This document shows, piece by piece, positions 27,001-35,919 of a stretch of DNA of 64,000 bases. Below the pieces are notes generated by a model that saw nothing but the letters and a program-made list of their open reading frames with translations, had not been told where the DNA came from and made no database searches. Source of the stretch: a virus. The translations under genes and the position numbers were made by a program. The stretch covers positions 25,067 through 89,066 of the IMG/VR virus record IMGVR_UViG_3300050821_006637. One strand, 5' to 3'. Within the stretch, counting starts at the first letter, position 1. The number at the start of each line of letters is the position of its first letter.

Positions 27001-29932
27001 AGAAAAGTTGGCGAATGCTCACGGGAAACTGAGGAAGAAGAGTCTTATGGGTAGTGAAGCCAAAGACTTTACTGATACGAAGAAGCCTTTGGGACCGATT
27101 GGAACCCTTCCAGGTACTACTCCAAGCCGTGAAAGAGAAACCCTCCAGGAAGCTCCTCTCACCGAAGGTGAGTTAAGTACGGAAAGACCTGGCGAGCCAG
27201 AAGCAACGGATGTATTGACAGCCCATAAAGAGGAAAAGAATATGAAGGTGAAGACGAAGGCTGCCGACCCGTTGACGGACCCCAATATGCCTCTCCCAGA
27301 AGAAGGAACGGAAGATTCCCTCCCCCTTGAGGGAAACCCAGACCTCGGTGCCACAGATGAGATGGGTGGAGACCTTGGTGATGAAGAAGACTTAGGTGAT
27401 ATGGGTGGTGATGAGTTTGATATGGGTGGACTGGATGAAGGTCCCGAAGCTGGTGGATTAGGCGAAGAGGGTTCTGGCGAAGAACCCTACGGAATGCAGG
27501 TGATGCGTCGTCTGTGGGATGACACCGCTGGTCTCCTCCACGAGTATGACCAGTTTATGGAACACTTGGAAGACGAAGCCACTCGTGGTCTCCTCCAGTC
27601 AATGCTTGAGTATCTGTCTTCCCACTTGGAACGATTGGAAAGCCACGTAGCCAGTCATCCTCGCTACGGAGAATTTCCGGGTCTTGGTGGTGAAGAGGGT
27701 GAAGAAGGAGCCGAAGGGGAGATGGGTGAGGAGGCTCCTGGCTTGGAACCAGAAGAAGGTGAAGACGTAGAAGCCTCCAGTGGACAGAGAGAAGAGCCGA
27801 CACCAGAAGAAGCTTTGATGGGAATGGCACCAGATGCCGCTCAAGGTATTCCTGGTCCTTTTAAGAGTTTAGGAAGCGTGAAGGGTCGCTTAACGAAAGA
27901 GCAATACTTCGCTCGTGTCAAGGCTTTGAAAGGTCTTCACAAGACGAAAGCCATTGATGGCGGAGAGATGCCGCACGATGACGCCTCTTCAACCCAAGGT
28001 GAAATCCAAGGGATGAATGAAGAGGCGACGAATGGAGCCGAGACTCCTCCTGGCTTTGACCACGAGCATAAGAACCTCACCACTCTCGCTACGCTCGCTC
28101 GTCTCCGTAAGGATTTGATGGGAATGGGCGCTGGCGACCAGGAGGGTGAAGAAGAATTGCAGAAGCGACTGTCTCTCATCTCTAAGATTAAAAAGATTGA
28201 GTCCTTGGTGACAGACAAGGCGGAAGAGATTCCTGGTAAAGAGAGTGAGATTATCACTGGGCAGACTGGAAAGAAGTCACAGCCTAGTGAGCATACGGAT
28301 TTGACTCCTGAAAAAGCGGGACGAATGTTAGAAGAGAATGAAGCTAACGGAGAACCTTTAACCAAGAAGCAACGCGGCTTCTTTGGAGCGGTACGCGGGA
28401 AGAAGGATAAAAAAATGAGTAAGAAGTCTTTGCTGCAAGAGCGGGTCTCCCTGCGTAACCGCTGGAAGGCCATCAAACAACTCCACGCCAAACATCTTGA
28501 TGAAGTTAATCAAGAGAAATCCCTCATCTCCTCTATGTATAAAGGACTTGAATCCAAACAGGATATGAAGTCCGTGCAAGAGAAGCAATGGCTCCATAAA
28601 AGATTCAAGGCTCTTGAAAAGAACCTTGACCCGTATTCTCAAGAGAAGACCTACATCGTCTCTCGCTTCAAGGACTTGAACTACTCCTTGAAGAAAGAAT
28701 ACAACTGGGAACCTGGAGCGGAAGACAAGAAGGCGAATGATACCGTCAAGGCTTTCGCCAAGAAGTTCAACTCCAACCACAAGAATCTTTTGGGTGAGGC
28801 GAGGAAGTTTCTCACGGAACTCAAGTCTGTCTCCCCAATGGCTTTCGGTGACCCGCATCGCCAAGAAGCGTACCACCTTTCCAAGTGCTTGCACCAGATT
28901 ATCGGTGATGTTTGTGGGAAAGGTTCCGTCCAGGCTGGATTGCAGAACTTGGCTAAGACGCTCGTCACAGAAGAGATGCCTGCGGAAGTTGGGAATAAGC
29001 CGAAGGGACCTTCCAAATACAATCCTAACGGCGAGCCGATGCAGCAGTGGGAAGAGTCGGAATCCGTCGTCAAGGGTAAGAAGAATGTTTCTTACGAATT
29101 CCCAGAACTTGCCAAAGAGAGGGAAGAAGTAAACGTAGAGCACCCGAACTCCAATCCACAGGCGAAGCCACACGATGAGCATATGCCATACCACGAGGGA
29201 GAGCATCTTCCCATCGGTGGTGTGAATGCGAAGGGAATTGGCGAGCGAGGTAGCTTCCCTGAGATGTGTGAGGAAGATGGTGTTGTCAACCTCACCGACC
29301 CGAAGGGACCTTCCAAATACTCTCCAGGCAAAGAACCCCTCCAGCAGTGGAAGGAAACCCTCGTCAAAGGTCTCCAGTCCATCGGTCAAACCGCCAACTT
29401 CTTTAAGATGCTGTCGTATAAGAAGGACTTCGGCGACGATGACCAGGAGATGGCTGGGAAGTTCGTCCTCATCCTTGCCCCCATTGAATCCCTCGCTGGT
29501 CATCTCGGTATGGAAGCCGAGGAAGGACTTGAGGGATTAGAAGAAGGTCCCTTCGGTATGGATGAAGGGTTAGAAGGTGAGTGGATGGAAGAGGAGATGG
29601 AAGAGCCAGAGCACGCTGACATCGCTAATGAAATGGGCGAAGAGATGGGTGGAGAGGGAACTCCTGGCGAGTTGATGGAGGAAGAAGAGGGTGAAGAGGA
29701 AAATGAAGAGGAGGCTGCACACCCAGAGGCTCCTGGTGAGATAGGTGAGAAGAAACAGAAGAGCCTCGCTCACGCAACTACGAAGGAAGGTTCCAATGGC
29801 AAGATGCCTAAAAGGGGTGGAATGAGTGAGAAAGATTTGAATGGTGTGATGACGGACAATATGCACCAGACACAGACGCTTTTGAATCTGCAACAGAGTT
29901 TACAGAACCTGTTGTCGAGATTACCGAATTAA
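24089..29932 (+). CDS. HK97-type prohead protease fused to a very long scaffold/cargo region (1947 aa)
   Basis: RDGVGD, NPICLLDHG (His), SGSIGY (Ser), LENSLVVLPA (Glu); directly upstream of MCP; C-terminal amphipathic helix. Confidence 0.85.
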   Translation: MNKEVLSLLDAREKDFPFLDSSQYSYKLAGGSYGHDVPVAIRDLDIDEKTMSLWIPVCDGNRRDGVGDLLDVLGIDTSRHKKNPICLLDHGKQIPLPIARAREDPKDEESYTFRINPGEKTAGCRAYFYQGKENCDEVLGCKQFEHGILCHQLFHMAANGFLNSGSIGYQIISADPLPEDPYRGIPRGMHLQRILALENSLVVLPASQDTVGKSTNTDVYPYSAKHLEAWEYTQKSRICGSPPSPYLIKAFSSFAPPHKAQVVGGYDSKGMRTIIEDSSGNPRVTSKPLGKGGVEDTAKDLSIHTKSAEAILHGKPHPPGCKCAKCIKELPSKKSCSCDSCSKGHSCPCDTKTKGVKDLENQPASALPEKPTTKPVPTSQSAPGSPQPAQQTKTPKQAANVGQQTPRNLTPAPAPVPSQQQGQASQQASVQNTPQGQIINPVTPNAALSGLSTGAVEIPQGQQIPLAPVPTFNPAQPQRNPVQNTPQGQTPPPLPKPKYPYSLPVPPGQQAEQAPQTSGPPPLTPERLAATQRTNFNPKNLHLKKVDYSKLTPEQATKKATQAALAAGANKKQAQQIAKQVVEQMKRMGNRQHRQQRNARWTPQGPKSLDMNFHIKSLRSKYGKKSLPNTGRKFEATPDGSSLTPKLRGAPKVPGPKPVGEGASQTPPVTPKQDPTFKPVKETPPGNIEAYRNVGDASSGASNNESREPLTEGSILPEEGFEEYQEWTPESNEVGEEGSGEAQEYLEPDHIDLWIGNHVANLVDSGALENWNKEDGFDASITEIMDQISDEARAEGFEGEEYIKIMDGVIENLRLVWLDTFGDWGGEGIGPFEKSLRSKYVNKDSKKEKNPPARRNKKTANRHMAAGINSALDKSAGLKHLGVPSMNIGNIGIKWLDKKSLLGLRDKYKTAKGRLKRHRKGSPSKASVHVSSKDLDKLRKDAESKGVAVKWRSDDGKGMAKVLLEGDGGVIEKLANAHGKLRKKSLMGSEAKDFTDTKKPLGPIGTLPGTTPSRERETLQEAPLTEGELSTERPGEPEATDVLTAHKEEKNMKVKTKAADPLTDPNMPLPEEGTEDSLPLEGNPDLGATDEMGGDLGDEEDLGDMGGDEFDMGGLDEGPEAGGLGEEGSGEEPYGMQVMRRLWDDTAGLLHEYDQFMEHLEDEATRGLLQSMLEYLSSHLERLESHVASHPRYGEFPGLGGEEGEEGAEGEMGEEAPGLEPEEGEDVEASSGQREEPTPEEALMGMAPDAAQGIPGPFKSLGSVKGRLTKEQYFARVKALKGLHKTKAIDGGEMPHDDASSTQGEIQGMNEEATNGAETPPGFDHEHKNLTTLATLARLRKDLMGMGAGDQEGEEELQKRLSLISKIKKIESLVTDKAEEIPGKESEIITGQTGKKSQPSEHTDLTPEKAGRMLEENEANGEPLTKKQRGFFGAVRGKKDKKMSKKSLLQERVSLRNRWKAIKQLHAKHLDEVNQEKSLISSMYKGLESKQDMKSVQEKQWLHKRFKALEKNLDPYSQEKTYIVSRFKDLNYSLKKEYNWEPGAEDKKANDTVKAFAKKFNSNHKNLLGEARKFLTELKSVSPMAFGDPHRQEAYHLSKCLHQIIGDVCGKGSVQAGLQNLAKTLVTEEMPAEVGNKPKGPSKYNPNGEPMQQWEESESVVKGKKNVSYEFPELAKEREEVNVEHPNSNPQAKPHDEHMPYHEGEHLPIGGVNAKGIGERGSFPEMCEEDGVVNLTDPKGPSKYSPGKEPLQQWKETLVKGLQSIGQTANFFKMLSYKKDFGDDDQEMAGKFVLILAPIESLAGHLGMEAEEGLEGLEEGPFGMDEGLEGEWMEEEMEEPEHADIANEMGEEMGGEGTPGELMEEEEGEEENEEEAAHPEAPGEIGEKKQKSLAHATTKEGSNGKMPKRGGMSEKDLNGVMTDNMHQTQTLLNLQQSLQNLLSRLPN
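29000..29356 (+). repeat. Internal duplication KGPSKY(N/S)PxxEP(M/L)QQW
   Basis: ccgaagggaccttccaaatac occurs exactly at 29000 and 29300. Confidence 0.7.
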
Positions 29933-30015
29933 TTTTCACGGAAGCAAGTTCGAACGGAGACGGAATGTCGGTCCCAACTTAGAGGCCGGGGCCGGAACAG
30001 AAAGAGAAGAAGAAG

Positions 30016-31482
30016 ATGGCTGCTCCTACTTTTGAGACGGTAGCCCTGGCCACCCAGCAGAACGGCGAGGCTATCCAGTCGTTGAATAAAACCCTCGGGA
30101 CTGTTGTTGATAAACTCTCCCGTATGCCAATGCCCGGACAACCGACGCCGGAACAAGCATTCGGTACTCCTTGGATTCGTAATGGTGAGAGTTCTTTGGA
30201 TGACTCCAGAGGCTTCTCCTACCTCAAAATGATTGGGCACATCGCTGGCTTCGTCCCAGACGAGCAGTGCAAGCATGAGCGGAACCTCGCCATGAGAATG
30301 GCGAAGTGCCTCTATGCGGATGCTGGCAACGACGGCTATCAGTGGGCTTCTCAGAATCGCCTTGGTGAGAAGAAATTCCTCGCTCCACTCGCTCCTAACT
30401 TCCTCCAGGACAACTTCGTTGACCGGAGCTTCCGTCGTGAGATGAAGCAGATGGTCGCCGCAGGGACGGACGGAGCCGACCTGGGAGAAGCGAGCTGGAT
30501 TAAGCGAAAGATGCTTTCCCAGCAATATGGGACGAAAGCCCTTTCTTGGTTGAATGAACTCACTGGTGGTGCTATCGTCGCTCCGCCTGAGATGGGTGAG
30601 TTGATTGAACTTCTGAGAAATAAAGAGGCTCTGGTCAATGCAGGAGCCAGAGTTGTTCCTCTACCTCCACAGGGTAGATTAAAGTATCCTCGCCAGACTT
30701 CTCCATCCAATACCTTCTGGGTTGGTGAGAACTCTCCTATCACAGAATCCATCGTCGGTACTGGTGAGATTACTCTGCAAGCTAAGAAGCTCGCAGTCCT
30801 CATCAAGGCACCGAACGAGTTGATTCGTTTTGCCTCACCTGCGGCAGAGGCGTTGCTCCGAGACGATATGACGAAGAGTTTGGCTCTTGGTTTGGATTTG
30901 GCTGGATTAGAGGGACAGGGGAGTGACGTCAAGCCTCGCGGTGTGATTAACTATCCTGGAATCAACAGAATCCAGTCCTCTCAGATTGGTGTTAACTCTG
31001 GTGGTGTGGTAGTTGGACAGGACATCTACCGAATGATTGCTGCGGTAGAGGAAAGTGACGCGGAGTTCGAAGCGTACATCATGCGTCCGAAGACTCTGTA
31101 TAAGTATTATCAGCTGCGAGCTGATGCCGTCGTGGCGGGTGATGCGGCTGGTCCGTATCTGTTCAACCTGATTAGAGAGGCACAGGATGACACGCCCGCT
31201 TCGTTGGCTGGTTATCCCGTGGTGAAGTCGACTCAGGTTTCTCAGACTCGTTCCTATGCGGCTGCGACAAATCTGACCTATGTGGTTGGTGGAATGTGGA
31301 GTGATATGCTCATCGGTATGTTCGGTGCGATTGAGTTCGCGGCGACCACGATGGGTGACACCGCTTTCGTCAATGACCAGACGTGGGTGCGTGGTATTCT
31401 GTCGGCGGACGTGCAGTTGAGGCACGAGGCGGCGTTCGTTTTACTTGACAATCTCAACACTCTAGTTACGGCGGCAAGCTAA
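30016..31482 (+). CDS. Major capsid protein (HK97 fold) with N-terminal delta domain
   Basis: TGGAIVAPPE, WVGEN, KKLAVLI..PNELI, PRGVIN, LAGYPVVKS, D...RH..AF; likely maturation site TK|ALS at K174. Confidence 0.93.
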   Translation: MAAPTFETVALATQQNGEAIQSLNKTLGTVVDKLSRMPMPGQPTPEQAFGTPWIRNGESSLDDSRGFSYLKMIGHIAGFVPDEQCKHERNLAMRMAKCLYADAGNDGYQWASQNRLGEKKFLAPLAPNFLQDNFVDRSFRREMKQMVAAGTDGADLGEASWIKRKMLSQQYGTKALSWLNELTGGAIVAPPEMGELIELLRNKEALVNAGARVVPLPPQGRLKYPRQTSPSNTFWVGENSPITESIVGTGEITLQAKKLAVLIKAPNELIRFASPAAEALLRDDMTKSLALGLDLAGLEGQGSDVKPRGVINYPGINRIQSSQIGVNSGGVVVGQDIYRMIAAVEESDAEFEAYIMRPKTLYKYYQLRADAVVAGDAAGPYLFNLIREAQDDTPASLAGYPVVKSTQVSQTRSYAAATNLTYVVGGMWSDMLIGMFGAIEFAATTMGDTAFVNDQTWVRGILSADVQLRHEAAFVLLDNLNTLVTAAS

Positions 31483-31591
31483 CTCAGTGTTTGAGTTGGG
31501 AACTGACGCAGCCTTATGTGTCAGTTGTACATCTGCGGTCTTCAGGTTGATAAGCGATAATAATATGTGTATCTCTTACCAGCCTGAAGAC
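31479..31591 (+). promoter_or_regulatory. Three consecutive stem-loops after the MCP gene
   Basis: ctaactca/tgagttgg; aactgacgca/tgtgtcagtt; gtcttcaggttgataag/cttaccagcctgaagac (G-U compatible). Confidence 0.5.
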
Positions 31592-31620
31592 AAGCAGCAG
31601 AAACACAAAGGGAGACTGAA

Positions 31621-32508
31621 ATGAGTTCTATTACAGGGACGCTTTCTAAGGAACTTTGGAATCACAGACGGGACGTCATTATTTCTCGTTTCCAAACAGA
31701 CGACCCGAAGGATATTGCTAGAGACCTTGGTATGGATTGGACGAGTGTATATCGTTGGGCACGAAAACTAGGTATTGCTCCTAAAGGCAATGTCCGTCGC
31801 GCCCATCGCAATCAGTCCTGCAACATCCATTACTTTGACCAGTGGTCGCCAAATATGGCATATATCCTGGGGTATCTTTTTGCAGATGGCTCAGTTACGG
31901 AAGCTGGTGTAACGGCAGATGCTACTGAAAGTGACAAAGGTATTTTAGAATTCATCAAGGCGGAAACTAATTCGGTTTTGTCTATCAAAACATATGCCGG
32001 TACAAACGGGACGAAGACTTATTGTAGGATTCATCTTAATAGTAAGGTTATAAGAAATAAGCTGGTTGAGTTAGGAATGAAGCCCTCTAAAACATACTTA
32101 GATGATCCGTATCCAAATGTTCCAGAAGAATTAAATGGACACTTTGTTCGGGGATTCTTTGATGGAGATGGGAGTGCTAGTAAAGACGGAACTGAGATTA
32201 AATTTATAGGAACCATTAAATTTATCCGGGGTCTAATTGGCTCTCTTGTTCAATTAGCTGGTATGAAAGAAGCCAAAATCACTAAGTTTCTAGGAGAAAG
32301 AGCTACTTGGTGTGTTGTTCATTGGCACCACCGAGATGATATTGAAAGATTTTACCGTCACATTTATCCTGTAGACGGTTACGGGTTCTGTTTGGAACGT
32401 AAGCGGGCTAGGTTGGCGGGACGGCTCGCGAGACCTTATCGTGTCAATTGTGTTCCGCCGGCTTTTAGACGCAAAGGAGGGATGGCTGAATGTCAGCAAA
32501 TCTCTTAA
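31621..32508 (+). CDS. Free-standing double-motif LAGLIDADG homing endonuclease with N-terminal HTH
   Basis: AYILGYLFADGSV and HFVRGFFDGDGS; DIARDLGMDWTSVYRWARKLG HTH. Confidence 0.9.
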   Translation: MSSITGTLSKELWNHRRDVIISRFQTDDPKDIARDLGMDWTSVYRWARKLGIAPKGNVRRAHRNQSCNIHYFDQWSPNMAYILGYLFADGSVTEAGVTADATESDKGILEFIKAETNSVLSIKTYAGTNGTKTYCRIHLNSKVIRNKLVELGMKPSKTYLDDPYPNVPEELNGHFVRGFFDGDGSASKDGTEIKFIGTIKFIRGLIGSLVQLAGMKEAKITKFLGERATWCVVHWHHRDDIERFYRHIYPVDGYGFCLERKRARLAGRLARPYRVNCVPPAFRRKGGMAECQQIS

Positions 32509-33182
32509 TAGATTTGGGTAATACGGGTCATTTTAACCCGTCCCTAATCGCAGTCAATGGCCCGCAGTCTGGTACGGTTATTGGTCTACCTATTGATTTG
32601 GGTGACGCCAATACCTTTACCAATGTCTGGGTCGTTGCCAACGTTGCCAGCGGTCCTATTACGTTGCAAGTCCAGTGTAGTGATAGCCCTTCGGGCTTTA
32701 TCCCCTGGGGTGGAGGAGTCCCCCCTAGTGGAACCTTCACAGACCCCACCAGCGGTGCGGCTCAGTTGCCGACAAACTTTAATTCTGGTGGGCTTCTAAT
32801 TATTAATTCTGGGACTTATGCCATTCCTGGAGGAGGAGCTCCATTTTCCGGTCAGCCTGGTGTTCCCGGTGGCTATGTGGCTGGCTATGCTCCGGCCTCC
32901 TATCCGTTCGGTGCCACTCCAGTTATAAATGGTATGGGAGGAACTGCTTTCCTATTTAGTGGTTTGTTCCCAGAATTTGCCTCTGGTGGGATTGGTTTCG
33001 GAGGCTTCCAAAGAACCGGACAGTATGCCAGATTAAACCTGCTGGTTGGTTCTGGTGGCGGTAGTACAAGTGGTGGACAAGTCGTTGTCATCGGGGGATT
33101 CCTCTCTCAGAAACGCACCACGGGTTCTGGTGGCGGTTTCACGTGGCTTCCTCAATCCGGACCCAATGTCGCCAACGTGTAA
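32490..33182 (+). CDS. Putative capsid cement/decoration protein, paralogue 1
   Basis: Follows MCP; G..IDL, QVQCSD...FTDPTSG, FQRTGQYAR shared with two paralogues. Confidence 0.65.
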   Translation: MSANLLIDLGNTGHFNPSLIAVNGPQSGTVIGLPIDLGDANTFTNVWVVANVASGPITLQVQCSDSPSGFIPWGGGVPPSGTFTDPTSGAAQLPTNFNSGGLLIINSGTYAIPGGGAPFSGQPGVPGGYVAGYAPASYPFGATPVINGMGGTAFLFSGLFPEFASGGIGFGGFQRTGQYARLNLLVGSGGGSTSGGQVVVIGGFLSQKRTTGSGGGFTWLPQSGPNVANV

Positions 33183-33194
33183 GGAAGGGGAAAC

Positions 33195-33947
33195 ATGAGC
33201 GCTAATCTTATTGTTGATGTAACGAATACCGCAAACTATGAAGTTTCGGCATTTGCTAATACGAACAACCTCTCTGGTGCTACTACTATCGGGCAGATAG
33301 TAGACCTGTTGAATAGTGACACGTACTGCAACCTGTTCGTTGTAGCACCAGGAGTATCTGGCGTCATCCAGGTGCAGGTTCAATGCACAAACCAGTTGAA
33401 TGACGCTGGGTCTGGGTCATTCTGGTCGGGTGGTGGTTTCCCTGTGTCGGGAGCTTTTACTGACCCAACGAGTGGGCTGCCACAACTGCCGACTGTCTTC
33501 CAGTCTGGTGGTAACGTCTACTTTAATAGTGGAGTTTATCAACTTCCAGGTGGGGGATTTCCTCCTACTTCGGGAGGTAATATCCAACCATTGGTTGGTG
33601 GTTATCCTGCTGGTTCTGTCCCATTTGGTCTTACGCCGATTTATAATGCCCAGGGCGGGGCGTATCCTATTCCAGTTCTTTCTGGTGGTGGGACTGGTGG
33701 CACTAGCGGCGGTGTGCTGAGTGGCTTCTTCCCTGTCTTCGCTTCTGGTGGAATTGGCTTCGCTGCCTTCCAGCGGACGGGACGATGGGCAAGAGCTAAC
33801 ATCATAACGACTGCACTTACAGCAGTTTCCGGTACAGCGACTACTCCAATCTTTGCCGGTTTTATCAGTCAATTGGACACAACTGGTTCTGGAGGAGGTT
33901 TCAGCTGGCTTCCTCAATCTGGTGGTGGGAACACCGCCTCTGTCTAA
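33195..33947 (+). CDS. Putative capsid cement/decoration protein, paralogue 2
   Basis: MSANL..D, QVQVQCT, FTDPTSG, FQRTGRWAR, GSGGGFSWLPQSG. Confidence 0.65.
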   Translation: MSANLIVDVTNTANYEVSAFANTNNLSGATTIGQIVDLLNSDTYCNLFVVAPGVSGVIQVQVQCTNQLNDAGSGSFWSGGGFPVSGAFTDPTSGLPQLPTVFQSGGNVYFNSGVYQLPGGGFPPTSGGNIQPLVGGYPAGSVPFGLTPIYNAQGGAYPIPVLSGGGTGGTSGGVLSGFFPVFASGGIGFAAFQRTGRWARANIITTALTAVSGTATTPIFAGFISQLDTTGSGGGFSWLPQSGGGNTASV

Positions 33948-33964
33948 GAAGTGTTTATCCAAGA

Positions 33965-34008
33965 GGGAGTGTGTGCTCACTGCCCAAGGGCACCACTCCC
34001 TTCTTTTT
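33965..34008 (+). terminator. Intrinsic terminator-like hairpin
   Basis: gggagtg...cactccc stem followed by ttcttttt. Confidence 0.5.
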
Positions 34009-34022
34009 AAGAGGGATGTGAT

Positions 34023-34340
34023 ATGAGTGCCTATAATGCACCTGTGATTCCAACACAGACGACACGCAGTATCAATATCGGTTGGGTTGGATTGCCGATG
34101 AATACCGCCAATCAGATTTTATCAGCCAATGCTAATCGTGAGAAGGTCATTCTCAATGCTCCAATTGTTGGTGGTTGTAATATTTATCTAGATACCAGTA
34201 ATACTGTTAGTCCCACCACGAGTTTCCTTATTACTCCTCTTCCCGCTGGTGGTTTGGAGCTAGATTGGCCTACAGATATATGGGCTTATGCAGAAGCAGC
34301 TAATAACCACATAACATTTGCTGAGAGTGTTCTCAGTTAA
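34023..34340 (+). CDS. Small beta-rich virion protein
   Basis: ANANREKVILN...IYL...GGLELDW..DIWAYA; within head module. Confidence 0.6.
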   Translation: MSAYNAPVIPTQTTRSINIGWVGLPMNTANQILSANANREKVILNAPIVGGCNIYLDTSNTVSPTTSFLITPLPAGGLELDWPTDIWAYAEAANNHITFAESVLS

Positions 34341-34350
34341 GGGGACAAAG

Positions 34351-35112
34351 ATGGCTCAGCAGATTGTAGACCTCGGATCACGGGCACAATTCGTGCCTTC
34401 CATAGTTGGTGCCAGTCCGTCCTCTGGTACTCTGGTCGGCTTTCCTGTGGATATGAAGGATGCTGATTCATACTGCAATGTTTGGGTCGTTACGACGTCA
34501 TGTAGTGGTCCATTCCAAATCCAAGTACAGACAACAGACACATTAAGTGGTTTGTTAGTTTCTGGTGGTGGAGTTGTTTCAGGCGCTTTCACCGACCCCA
34601 CATCTGGACTGGCTTCCGTCTCAGTAGGAACTACTTTTCCTACATGGTTCCAGTCTGGTGCAATCTTAACTATTAATTCTGGTTTATGGCCGACTATTGG
34701 TGGGGGGATGGCTCAATCGGCTGTCAGTGGTTTTCCGCTTAGTGGCGGAGTCACACAAGCCTATATGGGAGGATTCCCTCAAGGAACTTTCCCATACGGA
34801 TTGACACCTACCATCCAGTTCATGGGCGGTACGGCTTTTGTACCGAACACACCGGGAATATCTGGTGTGGGGGCTGGTATCCCCCGCTTTAATTCTGGTG
34901 GTATGGCTGTTGCCGGATTTCAGAGGGTTGGTCAATATGCTAGACTGCTCCTCCTCTCAGGTGGTACAAGCACCACGGTAATCGCTGGTTTCCTGTCTCA
35001 ACTTATGGGCGGAGGCGGCGGGTTTTCCTGGAGTCCTGGCTCTGGTCTCTCTGGCGGTGTGGGAGGAACGGGATTCGTCGGTAATGGTGCAATTGGAATG
35101 CCACTTGTTTAG
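34351..35112 (+). CDS. Putative capsid cement/decoration protein, paralogue 3
   Basis: Start at ATG 34351 (AAGGGG RBS); FTDPTSG, FQRVGQYAR, GGGFSW. Confidence 0.65.
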   Translation: MAQQIVDLGSRAQFVPSIVGASPSSGTLVGFPVDMKDADSYCNVWVVTTSCSGPFQIQVQTTDTLSGLLVSGGGVVSGAFTDPTSGLASVSVGTTFPTWFQSGAILTINSGLWPTIGGGMAQSAVSGFPLSGGVTQAYMGGFPQGTFPYGLTPTIQFMGGTAFVPNTPGISGVGAGIPRFNSGGMAVAGFQRVGQYARLLLLSGGTSTTVIAGFLSQLMGGGGGFSWSPGSGLSGGVGGTGFVGNGAIGMPLV

Positions 35113-35128
35113 ACGAAAATTCAAGTAA

Positions 35129-35199
35129 ATTCCGCTTTCGTCTCCGGCGGAATAACACTCCCGGTGAGTCCCGCTCGTTGCGGAGGCAAGCCGGGAGTG
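35129..35199 (+). promoter_or_regulatory. Twin GC-rich hairpins between head decoration and neck genes
   Basis: attccgc/gcggaat and cactcccgg/ccgggagtg. Confidence 0.4.
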
Positions 35200-35217
35200 A
35201 GTTTGAGGGAAGAATAA

Positions 35218-35919
35218 ATGCTGTGGACTAACCTCACCAACTTGAAAAGTTTACTGGAGATAGACCAGAATGATAACAGCCAAAACTGGCTCCTCAATCA
35301 TTTTAATGAGTGGGTGACGGATATATTAGAAACTTTACTCAACAGAAAATTCACCTATGCGACGAGGACGAGGTATCTGCAAGGCTCTGGTATCATCAAA
35401 CTCCTCTACCCCTTCCGTCCCCTCTACCCCTTGGCACCGCCACCCCAAGCAGCGAGTATGCCCTTTAGCACGCTTACAGTAGCCATAGACCAGCAGGGAA
35501 ACTTTGGGGAAGCCGTTGGTGCCTTTGCAGGCACTCCCCTTATCTATGGCACAGATTACTGCCTTAAAATAGACCGAGATGATGGGGGAAGTGATGAGGC
35601 AATCCTCTATATGGTCGGTGGTTACTGGCCTCGTCCCGTCTGTCGTCAACCAGGACTCCTTTCCTCTTTCATCGGAACGGATTTAGGAAGTATTCAAGTA
35701 ACGGCGACAGCGGGGTATACGATTGACACTCTCCCTGCTCAATTGAAGATGGCAGCGGAAATGATGGTTGCTAGATTGGCGTATATTATGCCGTTAGGAA
35801 TGGAGACTACTTCCGAGAGTTACATAGATAGAAGCATTGCTTTGAGTCCCGAGGACAGGGACTATCTATATGGGATGGTGAAACACTTAGTTTGGCAGTT
35901 TCGGAATTGGAAGTTTTAG
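35218..35919 (+). CDS. Head-tail adaptor (gp6/gp15-like)
   Basis: LTNLKSLLEI...LETLLNRKF...IQVTATAGY....PAQLKMA pattern; position after head genes. Confidence 0.75.
   Translation: MLWTNLTNLKSLLEIDQNDNSQNWLLNHFNEWVTDILETLLNRKFTYATRTRYLQGSGIIKLLYPFRPLYPLAPPPQAASMPFSTLTVAIDQQGNFGEAVGAFAGTPLIYGTDYCLKIDRDDGGSDEAILYMVGGYWPRPVCRQPGLLSSFIGTDLGSIQVTATAGYTIDTLPAQLKMAAEMMVARLAYIMPLGMETTSESYIDRSIALSPEDRDYLYGMVKHLVWQFRNWKF

Noticed and set aside
28358-30932. Long minus-strand ORFs (381, 198, 193 aa)
   Set aside because: Antisense to the scaffold and MCP; explained by codon bias of the sense genes.
31483-32508. LAGLIDADG as an intron-encoded ORF
   Set aside because: No P/Q/R/S elements seen, and both flanking genes are complete, so it is treated as free-standing.
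32490-35112. Diversity-generating retroelement template/variable repeats among the paralogues
   Set aside because: No reverse transcriptase in the window, and the differences are not adenine-specific.
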